A stretch of 48,945 nucleotides of DNA, taken from assembly GCA_008632985.1 (NCBI GenBank), contig QPGO01000009.1, forward strand, positions 806,001-854,945, given 5' to 3'. Positions within the stretch are counted from its first letter, which is position 1, and each line of letters begins with the position of its first letter. Both the position numbers and the translations under genes were made by a program. The notes beneath the pieces were generated by a model. The model was not told where the DNA came from. It did not search any database and worked only from the letters and a program-made list of their open reading frames with translations. This DNA comes from Psammoneis japonica. Its lineage: Eukaryota. Below, one piece after another: positions 45,520 to 48,945 of this stretch.

Positions 45520-47874
45520 TTACTACGAAATACCTAACAATTGTCATAATTAAAAGTAGCAAATTTCTTTTACCAATTTTTCAGTCAACCTCAACAAAAG
45601 TTCAACTAAAGTGGCGCGGTTTCGGCATCACGTAGAACCTACGGACTTCTCAGTACACTCGATTCTGACGACTGGCAGACCAAGAAAAACACCAGAATTT
45701 ATCCGCAGTCAAGGTTGACGATGGCGTTGCTCGTCTTGTCTATACTCTTGATAAACAATGTCACAGCTCCCAACAAACATTTCTATTGTCAATACAGGCA
45801 CGAGAGGCATCCCCAATCATACCGGGGATGAATCTGCAGCGTCTACTCAACCGCCACCGGAGCAGACGGTCGGTTGAGCTGCAGGGTCGTGTTGAGTCGT
45901 CGTGTTGAAGACGACATCGGCTTCACCGCACTGAAAGGAAGCAGTGTGATGAAGATAGAAAACAAACGCAAGCTATTGGTAGCATTTATGGAGAGGCCTG
46001 TAAAGGCTAACTTCCAAGGACCGACAGAGGAGCATGCTGTCGCCGAGATCCACAATCTCAAAATATCGGGTGCGACGGCGGCGGCGCGCAAACGCAGCTG
46101 GAACGCAGACTGGACGGATGTGTTCTTGTGCTATTTGTTGCTGCCCATACGATGCAAGCTACGCAATGCACGAGGCAAGTCTATTGAAGGTAGTATTGTT
46201 TGCATGTTCTTTTGATTGTGGCTCTACTGATACTGTGATTTCTATTTCTCTGTATCCAGAGAACCAAAATCATGAAGGATGCCTACCTTGAAAAGCATCT
46301 AAATGATTTTGAGACTCAGGCTACTAGGGCTGCACCACAGAGGCAGCTTGAAATACTACAAGGTATCATTGGAGACAACATTAGGAATGGCATGATGGAC
46401 GCCAGTCAAGGTAGCGACGAGAGCAGAAGCTATTATGATGTCGCCGCGGAAGGACTTGAGACTTGGCATTGCAGGATTTGCTACTATATCCAATAGAGCA
46501 ATAGGCTGTATGGTAGACTTGACTGAAAAATAGTATCTATTTGTTGGCACCTCTCACGATACCGGTAGTAGCACAAGCTATCAATACTAGTCGATGTTGG
46601 ATTGACATTCTATCGAGTAGTAAAAAGTATTGTAGAGTTGGCCTCTATCTATTTTTTCTTATTCTATCACACTAGTTCCAAATGTAGCCACAGTTGTGGA
46701 AGGTATTAGCAATACCGTGCAACTCTTGGGCGGCAACCGTGTAGATTATTTGTTGCTCCAGATCGTGGAGGCTGTTGATGGGAAAAAAGCCGGTCCGTGA
46801 GGATCTGGCAAATAGCATACTCCACAGGACCATCCTTGGGCTAGTAGGGTGGTCTCTGGGCTATTTGAAAGTGATGTCCTGGAGTATTGCGACCCTCCAC
46901 TGTTTGGGTTACGAGTGGAGTGAGATGCGAGTTGAGATTGTCCCACATCACAATTCGGTGGGTCGTCCAAACCGGCAATTGGGTTCGCCTCGATTGAAGA
47001 CAGCACCTGGTTGACAAAATCAGCAAATGCAAATTGGTCTGTACCTCCTACTCGCCTCAATAAATCGTATTGATACAGTGATGTCGTCACCATTGAAGAA
47101 TTGCTGCAGTCCAGCTTCGCGGAACCAAACTGGATGCCCTAGGCATGCACCACGTAAGATGGGTCGGGAAGCCGCGCACGTGTCATTCCGAGCTCTCTGT
47201 GTGCCCTAATGGTAATACGGGCAGAAGCCCTTTGATCCGCAGGGTCATTCTGCATTGTATATTGTGTAGTCTACAGCATTCCTGCTTCCATTTCCTCGTC
47301 GCAATGAGACGATCATTGCTCGTTTTGGTTTGATGGAATCAGTTTTGATGATTCTTGCCGCCATCACATGACGTCAGAGTACTAGCCGTACGTACATGTG
47401 TACGAGAGCGAAGCTCGCAAATTTGTTGAACTTTTGTTGAGGTTGACTCAAAAATTGTAAAAGAAATTTGCTATGGGGACATACCGAATGATTTTAGCCA
47501 GTGGCTAAAATCTTGTGTAGACACATACCAGGTTTGTACGCTAGTATATTTTCTACACAAAAAATATTTACTATCCACTTTACTGAGCCTATAAATGTCA
47601 TATCTGTAACGGTTTTCTGCTAACTATAACGTTCGTTAATATAAATCCTTTAGCTTTTATGCCTCTAAAAATAAATACAAAAACAAAAAACTAAAAATAA
47701 TTATATGTATATAAAAGAAAACAATGGGGTGGCGTTAAAAGGCGTTATCATTAAATAAATCGCATACCAGGAGAAATGCGTATAATTCTACAGGAGGTTT
47801 TTAGCCACTGGCTAAATTTATTCGGGATGTCCCCATACTTTTAAATTATGACAATTGTTAGGTATTTCGTAGTA
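45520..47874. repeat. Inverted duplicate pair: 45520-45607 versus 47425-47874 (the right copy is interrupted by a MITE)
   Basis: Reverse complement of left copy GTTGAACTTTTGTTGAGGTTGACTGAAAAATTGGTAAAAGAAATTTGCTACTTTTAATTATGACAATTGTTAGGTATTTCGTAGTA matches the right copy once the MITE is removed. Confidence 0.9.
47474..47835. mobile_element. AT-rich MITE (362 bp) with ~37-bp TIRs and a TA target-site duplication
   Basis: TGGGGACATACCGAATGATTTTAGCCAGTGGCTAAAA versus reverse complement of right end TGGGGACATCCCGAATAAATTTAGCCAGTGGCTAAAA; TA on both sides; the empty site at about 45557 has a single TA. Confidence 0.92.
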
Positions 47875-48219
47875 TCTAATTTACTCGCAAGACGTTAATG
47901 TAGATTCTACGTGACTTTTTGTACGAGGCACGAGCTCGCTTTTTGGGGTGCGAAATCCGAACAGAAATCATCGCGGCATCATTTCCGCTGTCCGTTGACA
48001 TCAACATTGAACACGGCTATGCAACTTCGTCTTTGTTGTTGCACTCTTTTTACGTCTCTTCTCCTTATACAACGTCTTAAGGATACTGTACGCATCGAGT
48101 GCCATAGAGTATCCCTGTTGAGCTTTGATTTCGAATCGTCATTTTCGGTGGCATTTCAGACGCAACAAAACATACACACCTCTCTGCATAACAACCTCGA
48201 AATCTTGTTTTCTGCAAAA

Positions 48220-48945
48220 ATGCCCAAGAAGAAGGCTGCAAAGAAAAACAAAAAGGCAGAGCCGCCGAAAAAGGTAATTTCATGCTTCAATGAATTGGAG
48301 CTTGATTCATTACGATCTTATCAGTTATGCTGTTGCAAGGTCGTCAGCGGCACTTTATCTCTCGCAAAAATCGGTATGCAAGCTCTAACACATGGCTACT
48401 TCACATATTTATATAATTCAGGAACAGTACATTCTGTGTCCTTTTACAGACGAAAAGGTGTACATTGTCCCCTACAAGTTATCACAGCTCACATCCAAAC
48501 AAAAGTCATCCAATCGCCGAGAGTTGGTGTATCTCTTTTCCAAGCAAACACGCGAGGAAGTTTACACACACACCGCCTGTGCGCTGCAAGAAAAGGAAAC
48601 AGAGCTCTTGCCGTTTTACGGACAACGACCTTGGAATGTCACAGTCAAGGTATCGGAATCATCCTCCAAGAAGAAGCAACAAAAATCACCACTCTTTCGT
48701 TGGTACCGCGGACAACTCGAGTTGGCCGTGTTGCCACACTTTTTGGAACGAATCCCCGACGCTCCCAACAAGAGGCTCTTGCAGTACAGTGGCAAGACAC
48801 AACGTGAATCCAACAAGTTTCGAAACGAAGAATGGGAAACACACGCCAAGAGTACCGATTTGCAAGAACGACAAGTGTCCATGTTGTCACAGGTGGCATG
48901 GAATTGTGAAGAATACGCCATTCCCACGGTGACGCTCAAGTGGAT
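48220..48945 (+). CDS. Hypothetical, probably spliced gene running off the window end
   Basis: MPKKKAAKKNKKAEPPKK followed by GTAATT; a stop-free frame runs from 48422 (EQYILCPF...IPTVTLKW) to the end. How the exons link is unresolved. Confidence 0.4.

Noticed and set aside
1..48945. CRISPR array, rRNA or tRNA genes; a methyl-metabolism gene cluster (SET, METK, TH1)
   Set aside because: No repeat-spacer arrays or RNA-gene signatures seen; the genes are far apart and separated by unrelated loci.

Overview
Eukaryotic window with short GT-AG introns, bipartite signal-plus-transit presequences and frustulin-type repeats, all pointing to a diatom (inferred). It has three N-gaps (1529-2527, 3506-3892, 45081-45519). 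Contents: a Ty1/copia retrotransposon, two related MITEs, and about 18 host genes. These include a SET methyltransferase, a THID-THIE fusion, an MFS transporter, a Kelch protein, an SGNH/PC-esterase-like protein, a frustulin-repeat/PhoX fusion, SAM synthetase, a PhyH dioxygenase, SURF1, a histidine phosphatase, ATP23, a CRC/tesmin factor and a UMP-CMP kinase. The main signal is a regional, double-stranded TpA->CpA/TpG hypermutation reminiscent of RIP but with the opposite transition. It has stripped TpA from the copia element (RT YVDD->HVDD, most Tyr->Cys/His) and from three multi-kb blocks (~12.6-16.4, 18.1-19.9, 23.2-28.9 kb), whose cores also lack CpG. Intact and mutated copies of the same duplicated genes lie side by side, which shows the direction of change. 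Other highlights: a METTL16-like UACAGAG hairpin in an unusually long SAM-synthetase intron, a MITE whose empty site is preserved in an inverted duplicate, and dense 1-nt frameshifts at 35.8-44.5 kb that are probably assembly errors.
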